NCBI RefSeq assembly: GCF_964204645.1
Contig: NC_134036.1
Span: 8,887,477 to 8,951,476, forward strand
Origin: Tubulanus polymorphus
Lineage: Eukaryota; Animalia; Nemertea
Direction: 5' to 3'
DNA: 64,000 nucleotides
Made by a program: the position numbers and the translations under genes. Positions 35,197 through 46,707 of this stretch are shown piece after piece (the first letter of the stretch is position 1; every line of letters starts with the position of its first letter). Below the pieces are notes generated by a model. That model was not told where the DNA came from. It saw nothing but the letters and a program-made list of their open reading frames with translations, and did not search any database.

Positions 35197-37260
35197 CTCT
35201 TAAAATGGCGTTAATTGTTGTTCGTCCCTTAAAATGGCGGCCGCCCTGCAGGTGCAATGTCGATCTCTCCACTAATAGAAATAGTCGCATATCTCTGAAC
35301 ATGACTCAATTTAACAAACGCAACATTTAAAACATTAAAAACGACACATTTTGTTTTCTATTCCGCAAAACTGAAAACGCAACATTTAAAACGATACATT
35401 TTATCTTCTATTTCGCAACACTGAACACGCAACATTTAAAACGATACATTTTATCTTCTATTCCGCAACACTGAAAACGCATTAAAACGATACATTTTAC
35501 ATTTAGGTCACGATTTAGGGATAGCAATACCAACTACGAGGTGTATGTTGCGTAGAAGACGCGAATGCAACACAGTATTTTCTACTTTTTGAAATTAAAT
35601 AAAATCAATGTAACGTTAGAAGAAAAGGTGTATCCAAATTCTCTTAAAATGGCGTTAATTGTTGTTCGTCCCTTAAAATGGCGGCCGCCCTGCAGGTGCA
35701 ATGTCGATCTCTCCACTAATAGAAATAGTCGCATATCTCTGAACATGACTCAATTTAACAAACGCAACATTTAAAACATTAAAAACGACACATTTTGTTT
35801 TCTATTCCGCAAAACTGAAAACGCAACATTTAAAACGATACATTTTATCTTCTATTCCGCAACACTGAAAACGCATTAAAACGATACATTTTACATTTAG
35901 GTCACGATTTAGGGATAGCAATACCAACTACGAGGTGTATGTTGCGTAGAAGACGCGAATGCAACACAGTATTTTCTACTTTTTGAAATTAAATAAAATC
36001 AATGTAACGTTAGAAGAAAAGGTGTATCCAAATTCTCTTAAAATGGCGTTAATTGTTGTTCGTCCCTTAAAATGGCGGCCGCCCTGCAGGTGCAATGTCG
36101 ATCTCTCCACTAATAGAAATAGTCGCATATCTCTGAACATGACTCAATCGGTTTTTTTAAGAACATGACTAAAATTTGTGAATAACACTTAAAGACGAGA
36201 GATAGAGAACTGATGTAAACCATGGATGTCAAATTGATTCGAGAATAGTTTGACGATTGATGTTCCCTAATGGAACGGAGCATTACCAGTACTCGCATAC
36301 ATGTTGCGAAAAGTTCTTTGCGGTTGTATTGGTTTCGAATCCTAAAATTTATTTACTCAATAACGCAAAAAGCAACATGTTTTCTATGTTCATATTTTCA
36401 ACATTTGAAAAGACACATAAAACGATAACGAAACACTGAAAACGCAACATTTAAAACGATTCATTTTATCTTCTATTCCGCAACACTGAAAACGCAACAT
36501 TTAAAACATTTTAAAACGACACATTTTATCTTTTATTTCGCAACACTGAAAACGCAACATTTAAAACATTAAAAACGACACATTTTGTTTTCTATTCCGC
36601 AACACTGAAAACGCAACATTTAAAATGATACATTTTATCTTCCATTCCGCAACAATTAGAACGATACATTTTATCTTCTATTTCGCAACACTGAAAACGC
36701 AACATTTAAAACCATATATTTTATCTTCTATTTCGCAACACTGAAAACGCAACATTTAAAACATTAAAAACGACACATTTTGTTTTCTATTCCGCAAAAC
36801 TGAAAACGCAACATTTAAAACGATACATTTTATCTTCTATTCCGCAACACTGAAAACGCATTAAAACGATACATTTTACATTTAGATCACGATTTAGGGA
36901 TAGCAATACCAACTACGAGGTGTATGTTGCGTAGAAGACGCGAATGCAACACAGTATTTTCTACTTTTTGAAATTAAATAAAATCAATGTAACGTTAGAA
37001 GAAAAGGTGTATCCAAATTTTTCAAGCTGGAATATCACATGAAATTAGATCGCAACCGTATACGAGATATTAATTCCGCAACCGTTTACGAGATATTTAT
37101 TCCGCAACATTTATAAACGCAACACATTTACGCAACATTTATCATTCTGTACAGCCGCTTCGTAACAAATTAACGTAACATTTTCCACAAATTTACGTAA
37201 CATTTTCCGTACAGCCGCTGCGAAACATGATAGCCGTTTCGCAACATATTTACGCAACAT
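35197..37260. repeat. Compound tandem repeat: ~400-440-bp higher-order units containing ~43-bp CGCAACA subunits
   Basis: Block CTCTTAAAATGGCG...GCGGCCGCCCTGCAGG at ~35197, 35641 and 36035; many CGCAACACTGAAAACGCAACATTTAAAACGATACATTTTATCTTCTATT copies. Confidence 0.9.
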
Positions 37261-37619
37261 TCAGTTTTGGCGGTTTGTTTCAAATAGCCATTTCGCTCAT
37301 ATCGCACGAGAATTCTATTTGAACTGAATCTACACAATGTCTCTTGACACTAGCCGAAAAGCTTAACGTCATCAATGGTGAAAATGAGAACTTCAAATCG
37401 TCTAAATTTTGTGCATATACGTAATAAATGAATGATCCCTAAAATCTACAAATATTATAGGCAACTAAAATAGAAGGTAGCCTTTTGACGTTGTAGCCTT
37501 TGTTCGTTCCTCCTCGTTTTTTTTGTCTGGTATTCGAGACCAGGCAGAATACAAGTAATAAATCAGGGTTCTTTTTCACTTCTTCATAACAATTTATGTT
37601 TTATGTTTTCTGTCTTTGC

Positions 37620-39792
37620 AGGTATGCTATCACTACCAGCAACTTCATGATCATGATATAGGCTCAGTAAACAACAAAAGCGAGATGATGAAGTGCCACA
37701 TCATTATCAAATATGGGCATGATGTGGTCACTAGATCTATTCTACGCCATAATGTAATACCTTTTTTGGTTTTCGGAGACAATTAGAAAATAAATTCTAC
37801 AGATGAACAGAGAACAACTTATTCCCTATGAAATGTGGAAGAATATCTTTCATGATTATCATGATCAAAAGTAAAGTGATTTAGCTGTCCTTGACCTCCA
37901 GTTGGTGTGTGTAACAATTTTCTTGTACTCAAATTTGTATTGCTCCAGCACATGTTGAATCTGTAATATTTTTTTTTTGTACATAGGAAAGTGTTTTGAG
38001 TGTAATTGCACACTGCAACTGCACAACAAAGCGATTGATATTCTCTTTGTTACTCATGGAAAAGTCATTTCTAAAAAGAAGGTATGTTGTCCTCAAGTGG
38101 TAGGCCCTAAAACATGAAAAATGTAGATTTTATTTCATTAATTCAGATATCTTTATTCCAGATCAATTTACGCTGTAAGAATTGTCAGATTAATTACGGC
38201 TTTGATAAATATGGCTCCACTGAAAAAGGATATTCATTTTATCACGAAATGAGAGACTCGATTGTTGCAACTGATGGGATAATTATTGACCACAGTCTTT
38301 ACAATTTCTAGAGATTGTTATCGTAAGTCAACTTAAATTTGAACAAAAAAATTCATGGCTTGAACTAGGTGATATATGTTATTAGATTTGTAATCTTTCA
38401 TCATTTTAGCCTCCATTCTTGGGTTTCGTTTCAAGGTTTTGCCGAAAGCTTTATTGATGCTTATATTTTAGAGAAAGGTGAGTTTTAGAGGTTTTGAATT
38501 CGTGAAATACTCACTCAGTTTATCTGTAATTATTTTTGATGCTTTAGATATTGATCGGCGTGTGTGGGCTGAAGCTTTTTGGTGGGCGGAACTTGAAACA
38601 GAATTGCGCGAACTCGACCTACACACTAAATTCAAGTTCACCAAAGATGCAGACTGTGAAGATTGTATGGTCATGATAGATAATCTTCGAAAGTGGACAA
38701 CATACGCTCGCCCACCAAGCGACTGTACAAGTGCCTGCAAAATGCCAGGTACAGTAATTCCAGTAATTGATGTACACACACTTTTGTATCTTATTTGGTA
38801 GTATCTTTTTTTTCCAAAATAATTGTTTCAAGCTGTGGAAAACTTTGAGTAACAGATGGAATTGAAAACGCAATTTTCTCATTGCATGTTTTCAGTTAAA
38901 GTAAGGGTATTGCAAATACCGGTAGATTATTTCTGTAGAAAAGGGAATTCGGTGTGACTTTAACTGTTTTTCGTGTTTTTCAGAACCTAGTTTCTGGCAT
39001 ACCATTGGTCAATTTACCGGATGTCTGCACAAATCAGCCTCTTCACAGAAAGGCATTTTGTGCAGCACATTGTAACTTTTGTGAGCAACAGAATCCACCT
39101 ATTCCGACTGGTCGTCGAGAGTTTGTCAAATATTCTGGTAAGCATTAATTTTTTAGTCACATAGGTTCAATAATTGGTTTGTTTTCAATCTCTAACTTGT
39201 TATTTTTTCAGGAGGTGGAAAGGCTGAGGAAGAATGCGAAGATGAATTGAATAATACCCATATCAATATGGACCATACCCATGCAAGATCATTTGTTGAT
39301 GGCATATGTATGTATTTGGGTGGAGTGTTCTGCTTAATGTACTCTTATTAAATGGTTGTTTGTATAACCTTTCATTTCACTTTTAAGCTGTGGGGAAAGA
39401 TCTCCTTCAACATGGTGATGCTGTAGCAAATATTATGGAAAATTGTAAAGAACTCCCCAAGTCAGGTTGTTCTAAAGATCTTGGAGAAAAAGAAACTCTT
39501 CGGAAAATGTCTCGAGGACACCAATTTATCGTTCGTGCTGGAGGCCACATATATTCCTGGTCTCCATTGTATAAGTAAGTAGAATGGTCATAGGCTTCAT
39601 TACTCGCTCTTTTATCATATTCATCTCAAACGTTCCTTCTTCCATAGGTCTGAATCGACAGGACAAGTCTTCCTAATTTTATTGTCATGGCTTTATGTCA
39701 TTTTGAAAGATCGACCGATTAAAGAGTGGTCTGATGTTTGGTTGGCGTATGACAACATGTGTCAATTAGATAAAATGAATGCGGCAAAGCTT
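37620..39792 (+). pseudogene. 5' part of an intron-containing CxC/KDZ (Kyakuja-Dileera-Zisupton-like) transposase
   Basis: Cys clusters (CKNC...Y; CTNQP...FCAAHC), GHIYSWSPLYK|SESTGQV, WLAYDNMC; GT-AG introns. Confidence 0.7.
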
Positions 39793-39891
39793 CATCACGA
39801 TAGGTAAAACACAATATCCGTGTTGACGCGATGAGGAGAGAATCCCACAATGATAATAAAAAGTCCGAAAATGAAACTTTGAGATAGTAGT

Positions 39892-39937
39892 TTATTCAAC
39901 GTTTCGACTATATCCTAATAGTCATCTTCAGGAATAA
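39892..39937 (-). ncRNA. Minimal type I hammerhead ribozyme, copy 1
   Basis: Reverse complement of TTATTC-CTGAAGA-T-GACTAT(loop)ATAGTC-GAAAC-GTT-GAATAA. Confidence 0.85.
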
Positions 39938-40245
39938 TGAGATACTACAGAAATTATGAGATATATATACAATCCAGAGACAAAGAGACTAATTCAAGTA
40001 ATCAGAGATGATACAAACTAAAGGAAAATTAACGTAGAAACAGTTACACGCTAAAATAGATTAAAGGGAAGCAAACTAAGGGGTGATTATAAACAACAAT
40101 AGTGAGTATAAATATAAATGAAACTTAAAGTCAGTAGTAAAAAGAAGACAAACTAAGGGGCACTTAAATTAAAACAAAGGTGAATACAAGTTAAGTCAGA
40201 GACGAAATTGATGAGAGAACAAATAACAAATAATCAAAGGGGAAA

Positions 40246-42654
40246 TCAAGTGTTGAGTTTAACCAGTTTACAGAGGAATTTTGATATAAGTTTATTATGG
40301 GGTGAAAAACCATTATTAAGGTTTACAACGTTGTTCGAATTTTCAATAATTAATGCAGATTCCAAAATATGTCTTCTAGTTTTATCGCTGCAAGGGTAAA
40401 CTAATTCAGCATTAGCAAAATCAAAATTGTGTGAAGTCTGAAAAACATGACTAGCAACTCCGCTTTCAGGTTTAAAGTTTTTTACATCTAATTTATGCTC
40501 TTTTATGCGTTGATTAAGATTCCGACCTGTTTCTCCTATATATACTTTGTCGCAAACTTTACAAGGTATTTTATAAATTCCACAGTTTAGGGATTCGGTT
40601 TTCGGTTTGTTGTTAATCAATATGTTACTAAGTTTATTATTGTATTTAAAGATGAGTTGTTTATTTAGTGACCGAAGAGAAACTTTAGAATTCTCGAGGA
40701 AAGGTACATACGGTACAATGATAGGCTGTTTATCGGTAGCCAACGTAGGAGTTCTAAGGTTGTTATTTCTAAAATGCGTAGTACGAGCTTTAAGTAGAGC
40801 TTTTTTCAATAGGAAATCGGGGTAGGCAAGTTTTTTGAGAGATTGGTTAATATGGTGAATTTCATCGGGTAGAAATGAGGGGTCGCAAATTCTCAAAGCG
40901 CGAAGAAATAATCCTTGAGCTAAACCGAGTTTAATATCCGGAGAAGTAAAAGAGAAGTAATGGAGGTAGGATTCAGCGTTGGTAGGTTTCCTATAAACCG
41001 CGAATTTCAAAAAGGATCCACAGTTAAAAATCAAAACATCCAGAAAAGGTATTTTACTATTAGATTCCCATTCATACGTAAAAGCCAGAGACGGGTAAAG
41101 GGAGTTTAAATATATAAGAAAGTTATCAACATTGAAGTCAAAGGGAACCAAAGCCAGAACATCGTCAACATATCTGAGCCAGATTTTAGGGTGAATATCA
41201 GTGTAAAGAGGCAATATTTCAGATTCAACATGTTCTAGGAATAAATTAGCTAGAATAGGACTTAGAGGATTTCCCATAGCGATACCGAATGTCTGTTCGT
41301 AAAAACAATTGTTGAATTCAAAAAAGGAGTCCGTCGTACAAATAGAGATAAGGTCGATGATACAATCCGTAGGAATGCCGAAGTTAATGTTAAGTGATGG
41401 TAATCTGCGTTTTAAGAAATCAAGAGTAGGTCCAAGAGGAACATTGGTAAAAAGGGAAGTAACATCAAATGATATAAATTTGTCGTTGCCAGGGATAATA
41501 TTCTTAATACGTTCAAGTAAGTGTTGATTATGGCGAAGGTGCGACGGAGAGAACGAACCGAGCACCGGAGATAACTGTTTCGCGAGAAATTTAGATAACC
41601 GGTATGTAGGAGAATTACAATTGGAGACTATAGGGCGCAGTGGAACATTATCTTTATGAATTTTAGGCAATCCATAGATATATGGTAAAGAGGGAAGACG
41701 TGAATGGAACTTATTCAGAGTTTCTTTAGCGGAGGGGAAACGTTTAATAATATCCGAAAGACTTCTGTTGAAATTAGCTTGCATACGAGGAAGAGGATTC
41801 GATTTAAGTTTCTTATAAACACCAGGATTATCCAAGAGAGATTGCATTTTAACATTATAATTATCCAGATCTAAAATCACAATCTTGCCACCTTTATCAG
41901 CCTTAGATATTTTAATAGTCTTTAACTTCCGTAGTTCTTGGAGGGCGAGCCGAAATCGACGGGGTAGATATTCAAAGAGGTTCCTGTTGAGTTGATCGCA
42001 AACAGCCTGTAGATTCATGAATATAAAGTTATAGTCCAAACTGTTCGGAGATGATTTGCGATATTCCAATTGGGTGACAAAGTCTAAAACATGTTTATCT
42101 TGATGAGGAAGAGAAAAATTCAAACCGTAGCCGAGAAGTTGACACTGAGTAGAAGATAACGTGGTTGAAGACAAATTTACTATGTTTTCGGTGTTGCTAA
42201 ATCTAGTCCAAGGGCTGGAATCAATGAGTTTATTCAGTTGGTTGGTAAGATCCACGGACTTTCTGTGCTGATGATATTTTCCAGAGCCTTGAACAATAGT
42301 GGAGAGCGATTTCCAGAGGAATAGGTCCGGTACGTGTGACTTCAAATAATTTTGAGATTGACGGAATTTGTAGAACTGATAGTTACAGTCTTCCTTAGCA
42401 CGATCTATAGCGAATTTGAGTTGCTTGTTAGCTTCGGGTGGAAACGCAGAGCTGGAGTCGTATTTCCAAATCCAAGAACGTGATCGCGGAACCACTTTTT
42501 CGGCATAACACTCCTGAAGGAACTTGACTTTACTTTTAGCAGTCCTGGATTTGATATAGCATTTCTCATAATTTCGGAAGCTAGCGACGAGGTACGGGAA
42601 CGTGAAGAAGAAGAATTTTAATACGATATTTCGATCCGTGGGTAGCATGATCAC
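40246..42654 (-). CDS. Penelope/Poseidon-type reverse transcriptase plus GIY-YIG endonuclease, intact
   Basis: KADKG, YGLPKIHK..PLRPIVS, SFDVTSLFTNVP, GIAMGNPLSP, RYVDD, GIYKIPCKVCDKVYIGETGR...EH. Confidence 0.97.
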   Translation of the reverse strand: MIMLPTDRNIVLKFFFFTFPYLVASFRNYEKCYIKSRTAKSKVKFLQECYAEKVVPRSRSWIWKYDSSSAFPPEANKQLKFAIDRAKEDCNYQFYKFRQSQNYLKSHVPDLFLWKSLSTIVQGSGKYHQHRKSVDLTNQLNKLIDSSPWTRFSNTENIVNLSSTTLSSTQCQLLGYGLNFSLPHQDKHVLDFVTQLEYRKSSPNSLDYNFIFMNLQAVCDQLNRNLFEYLPRRFRLALQELRKLKTIKISKADKGGKIVILDLDNYNVKMQSLLDNPGVYKKLKSNPLPRMQANFNRSLSDIIKRFPSAKETLNKFHSRLPSLPYIYGLPKIHKDNVPLRPIVSNCNSPTYRLSKFLAKQLSPVLGSFSPSHLRHNQHLLERIKNIIPGNDKFISFDVTSLFTNVPLGPTLDFLKRRLPSLNINFGIPTDCIIDLISICTTDSFFEFNNCFYEQTFGIAMGNPLSPILANLFLEHVESEILPLYTDIHPKIWLRYVDDVLALVPFDFNVDNFLIYLNSLYPSLAFTYEWESNSKIPFLDVLIFNCGSFLKFAVYRKPTNAESYLHYFSFTSPDIKLGLAQGLFLRALRICDPSFLPDEIHHINQSLKKLAYPDFLLKKALLKARTTHFRNNNLRTPTLATDKQPIIVPYVPFLENSKVSLRSLNKQLIFKYNNKLSNILINNKPKTESLNCGIYKIPCKVCDKVYIGETGRNLNQRIKEHKLDVKNFKPESGVASHVFQTSHNFDFANAELVYPCSDKTRRHILESALIIENSNNVVNLNNGFSPHNKLISKFLCKLVKLNT

Positions 42655-42747
42655 GATAGGTAAAACACAATATCCGTGTTGACGCGATGAGGAGAGAATC
42701 CCACAATGATAATAAAAAGTCCGAAAATGAAACTTTGAGATAGTAGT

Positions 42748-42793
42748 TTATTCAACGTTTCGACTATATCCTAATAGTCATCTTCAGGAATAA
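42748..42793 (-). ncRNA. Minimal hammerhead ribozyme, copy 2
   Basis: Identical to copy 1. Confidence 0.85.
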
Positions 42794-43101
42794 TGAGATA
42801 CTACAGAAATTATGAGATATATATACAATCCAGAGACAAAGAGACTAATTCAAGTAATCAGAGATGATACAAACTAAAGGAAAATTAACGTAGAAACAGT
42901 TACACGCTAAAATAGATTAAAGGGAAGCAAACTAAGGGGTGATTATAAACAACAATAGTGAGTATAAATATAAATGAAACTTAAAGTCAGTAGTAAAAAG
43001 AAGACAAACTAAGGGGCACTTAAATTAAAACAAAGGTGAATACAAGTTAAGTCAGAGACGAAATTGATGAGAGAACAAATAACAAATAATCAAAGGGGAA
43101 A

Positions 43102-45510
43102 TCAAGTGTTGAGTTTAACCAGTTTACAGAGGAATTTTGATATAAGTTTATTATGGGGTGAAAAACCATTATTAAGGTTTACAACGTTGTTCGAATTTTC
43201 AATAATTAATGCAGATTCCAAAATATGTCTTCTAGTTTTATCGCTGCAAGGGTAAACTAATTCAGCATTAGCAAAATCAAAATTGTGTGAAGTCTGAAAA
43301 ACATGACTAGCAACTCCGCTTTCAGGTTTAAAGTTTTTTACATCTAATTTATGCTCTTTTATGCGTTGATTAAGATTCCGACCTGTTTCTCCTATATATA
43401 CTTTGTCGCAAACTTTACAAGGTATTTTATAAATTCCACAGTTTAGGGATTCGGTTTTCGGTTTGTTGTTAATCAATATGTTACTAAGTTTATTATTGTA
43501 TTTAAAGATGAGTTGTTTATTTAGTGACCGAAGAGAAACTTTAGAATTCTCGAGGAAAGGTACATACGGTACAATGATAGGCTGTTTATCGGTAGCCAAC
43601 GTAGGAGTTCTAAGGTTGTTATTTCTAAAATGCGTAGTACGAGCTTTAAGTAGAGCTTTTTTCAATAGGAAATCGGGGTAGGCAAGTTTTTTGAGAGATT
43701 GGTTAATATGGTGAATTTCATCGGGTAGAAATGAGGGGTCGCAAATTCTCAAAGCGCGAAGAAATAATCCTTGAGCTAAACCGAGTTTAATATCCGGAGA
43801 AGTAAAAGAGAAGTAATGGAGGTAGGATTCAGCGTTGGTAGGTTTCCTATAAACCGCGAATTTCAAAAAGGATCCACAGTTAAAAATCAAAACATCCAGA
43901 AAAGGTATTTTACTATTAGATTCCCATTCATACGTAAAAGCCAGAGACGGGTAAAGGGAGTTTAAATATATAAGAAAGTTATCAACATTGAAGTCAAAGG
44001 GAACCAAAGCCAGAACATCGTCAACATATCTGAGCCAGATTTTAGGGTGAATATCAGTGTAAAGAGGCAATATTTCAGATTCAACATGTTCTAGGAATAA
44101 ATTAGCTAGAATAGGACTTAGAGGATTTCCCATAGCGATACCGAATGTCTGTTCGTAAAAACAATTGTTGAATTCAAAAAAGGAGTCCGTCGTACAAATA
44201 GAGATAAGGTCGATGATACAATCCGTAGGAATGCCGAAGTTAATGTTAAGTGATGGTAATCTGCGTTTTAAGAAATCAAGAGTAGGTCCAAGAGGAACAT
44301 TGGTAAAAAGGGAAGTAACATCAAATGATATAAATTTGTCGTTGCCAGGGATAATATTCTTAATACGTTCAAGTAAGTGTTGATTATGGCGAAGGTGCGA
44401 CGGAGAGAACGAACCGAGCACCGGAGATAACTGTTTCGCGAGAAATTTAGATAACCGGTATGTAGGAGAATTACAATGGGAGACTATAGGGCGCAGTGGA
44501 ACATTATCTTTATGAATTTTAGGCAATCCATAGATATATGGTAAAGAGGGAAGACGTGAATGGAACTTATTCAGAGTTTCTTTAGCGGAGGGGAAACGTT
44601 TAATAATATCCGAAAGACTTCTGTTGAAATTAGCTTGCATACGAGGAAGAGGATTCGATTTAAGTTTCTTATAAACACCAGGATTATCCAAGAGAGATTG
44701 CATTTTAACATTATAATTATCCAGATCTAAAATCACAATCTTGCCACCTTTATCAGCCTTAGATATTTTAATAGTCTTTAACTTCCGTAGTTCTTGGAGG
44801 GCGAGCCGAAATCGACGGGGTAGATATTCAAAGAGGTTCCTGTTGAGTTGATCGCAAACAGCCTGTAGATTCATGAATATAAAGTTATAGTCCAAACTGT
44901 TCGGAGATGATTTGCGATATTCCAATTGGGTGACAAAGTCTAAAACATGTTTATCTTGATGAGGAAGAGAAAAATTCAAACCGTAGCCGAGAAGTTGACA
45001 CTGAGTAGAAGATAACGTGGTTGAAGACAAATTTACTATGTTTTCGGTGTTGCTAAATCTAGTCCAAGGGCTGGAATCAATGAGTTTATTCAGTTGGTTG
45101 GTAAGATCCACGGACTTTCTGTGCTGATGATATTTTCCAGAGCCTTGAACAATAGTGGAGAGCGATTTCCAGAGGAATAGGTCCGGTACGTGTGACTTCA
45201 AATAATTTTGAGATTGACGGAATTTGTAGAACTGATAGTTACAGTCTTCCTTAGCACGATCTATAGCGAATTTGAGTTGCTTGTTAGCTTCGGGTGGAAA
45301 CGCAGAGCTGGAGTCGTATTTTCAAATCCAAGAACGTGATCGCGGAACCACTTTTTCGGCATAACACTCCTGAAGGAACTTGACTTTACTTTTAGCAGTC
45401 CTGGATTTGATATAGCATTTCTCATAATTTCGGAAGCTAGCGACGAGGTACGGGAACGTGAAGAAGAAGAATTTTAATACGATATTTCGATCCGTGGGTA
45501 GCATGATCAC
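43102..45510 (-). pseudogene. Penelope ORF copy 2 with a TGG>TGA nonsense change
   Basis: Stop at 45322-45324 and one N>H change relative to copy 1. Confidence 0.9.
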
Positions 45511-45603
45511 GATAGGTAAAACACAATATCCGTGTTGACGCGATGAGGAGAGAATCCCACAATGATAATAAAAAGTCCGAAAATGAAACTTTGAGATAGT
45601 AGT

Positions 45604-45649
45604 TTATTCAACGTTTCGACTATATCCTAATAGTCATCTTCAGGAATAA
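45604..45649 (-). ncRNA. Minimal hammerhead ribozyme, copy 3
   Basis: Identical motif in the third pLTR. Confidence 0.85.
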
Positions 45650-46568
45650 TGAGATACTACAGAAATTATGAGATATATATACAATCCAGAGACAAAGAGA
45701 CTAATTCAAGTAATCAGAGATGATACAAACTAAAGGAAAATTAACGTAGAAACAGTTACACGCTAAAATAGATTAAAGGGAAGCAAACTAAGGGGTGATT
45801 ATAAACAACAATAGTGAGTATAAATATAAATGAAACTTAAAGTCAGTAGTAAAAAGAAGACAAACTAAGGGGCACTTAAATTAAAACAAAGGTGAATACA
45901 AGTTAAGTCAGAGACGAAATTGATGAGAGAACAAATAACAAATAATCAAAGGGGAAATCAAGTGTTGAGTTTAACCAGTTTACAGAGGAATTTTGATATA
46001 AGTTTATTATGGGGTGAAAAACCATTATTAAGGTTTACAACGTTGTTCCAATTTTCAATAATTAATGCAGATTCCAAAATATGTCTTCTAGTTTTATCGC
46101 TGCAAGAGTAAACTAATTCAGCATTAGCAAAATCAAAATTGTGTGAAGTCTGAAAAACATGACTAGCAACTCCGCTTTCAGGTTTAAAGTTTTTTACATC
46201 TAATTTATGCTCTTTTATGCGTTGATTAAGATTCCGACCTGTTTCTCCTATATATACTTTGTCGCAAACTGATTATTTGTTATTTGTTCTCTCCTCAATT
46301 TCGTCTCTGACTTAACTTGTATTCACCTTTGTTTTAATTTAAGTGCCCCTTAGTTTGTCTTTTTTTTACTACTGACTTTAAGTTTCATTTATATTTATAC
46401 TCACTATTGTTGTTTATAATCACCCCTTAGTTTGCTTCCCTTTAATCTATTTTAGCGTGTAACTGTTTCTACGTTAATTTTCCTTTAGTTTGTATCATCT
46501 CTGATTACTTGAATTAGTCTCTTTGTCTCTGGATTGTATATATATCTCATAATTTCTGTAGTATCTCA

Positions 46569-46614
46569 TTATTCCTGAAGATGACTATTAGGATATAGTC
46601 GAAACGTTGAATAA
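46569..46614 (+). ncRNA. Minimal hammerhead ribozyme, copy 4
   Basis: Stem I TTATTC/GAATAA, core CTGAAGA and GAAA, stem II GACTAT/ATAGTC, palindromic AACGTT at stem III, GUU triplet. Confidence 0.85.
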
Positions 46615-46707
46615 ACTACTATCTCAAAGTTTCATTTTCGGACTTTTTATTATCATTGTGGGATTCTCTCCTCATCGCGTCAACACGGATATTGTGTTTT
46701 ACCTATC

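Noticed and set aside
35237-35253. Adjacent NotI and SbfI sites suggesting a vector polylinker
   Set aside because: Embedded in a natural repeat unit present three times; no other vector sequence
35320-36900. CRISPR-like regular repeats
   Set aside because: Units are contiguous tandem repeats with no unique spacers, there are no cas genes, and the context is eukaryotic
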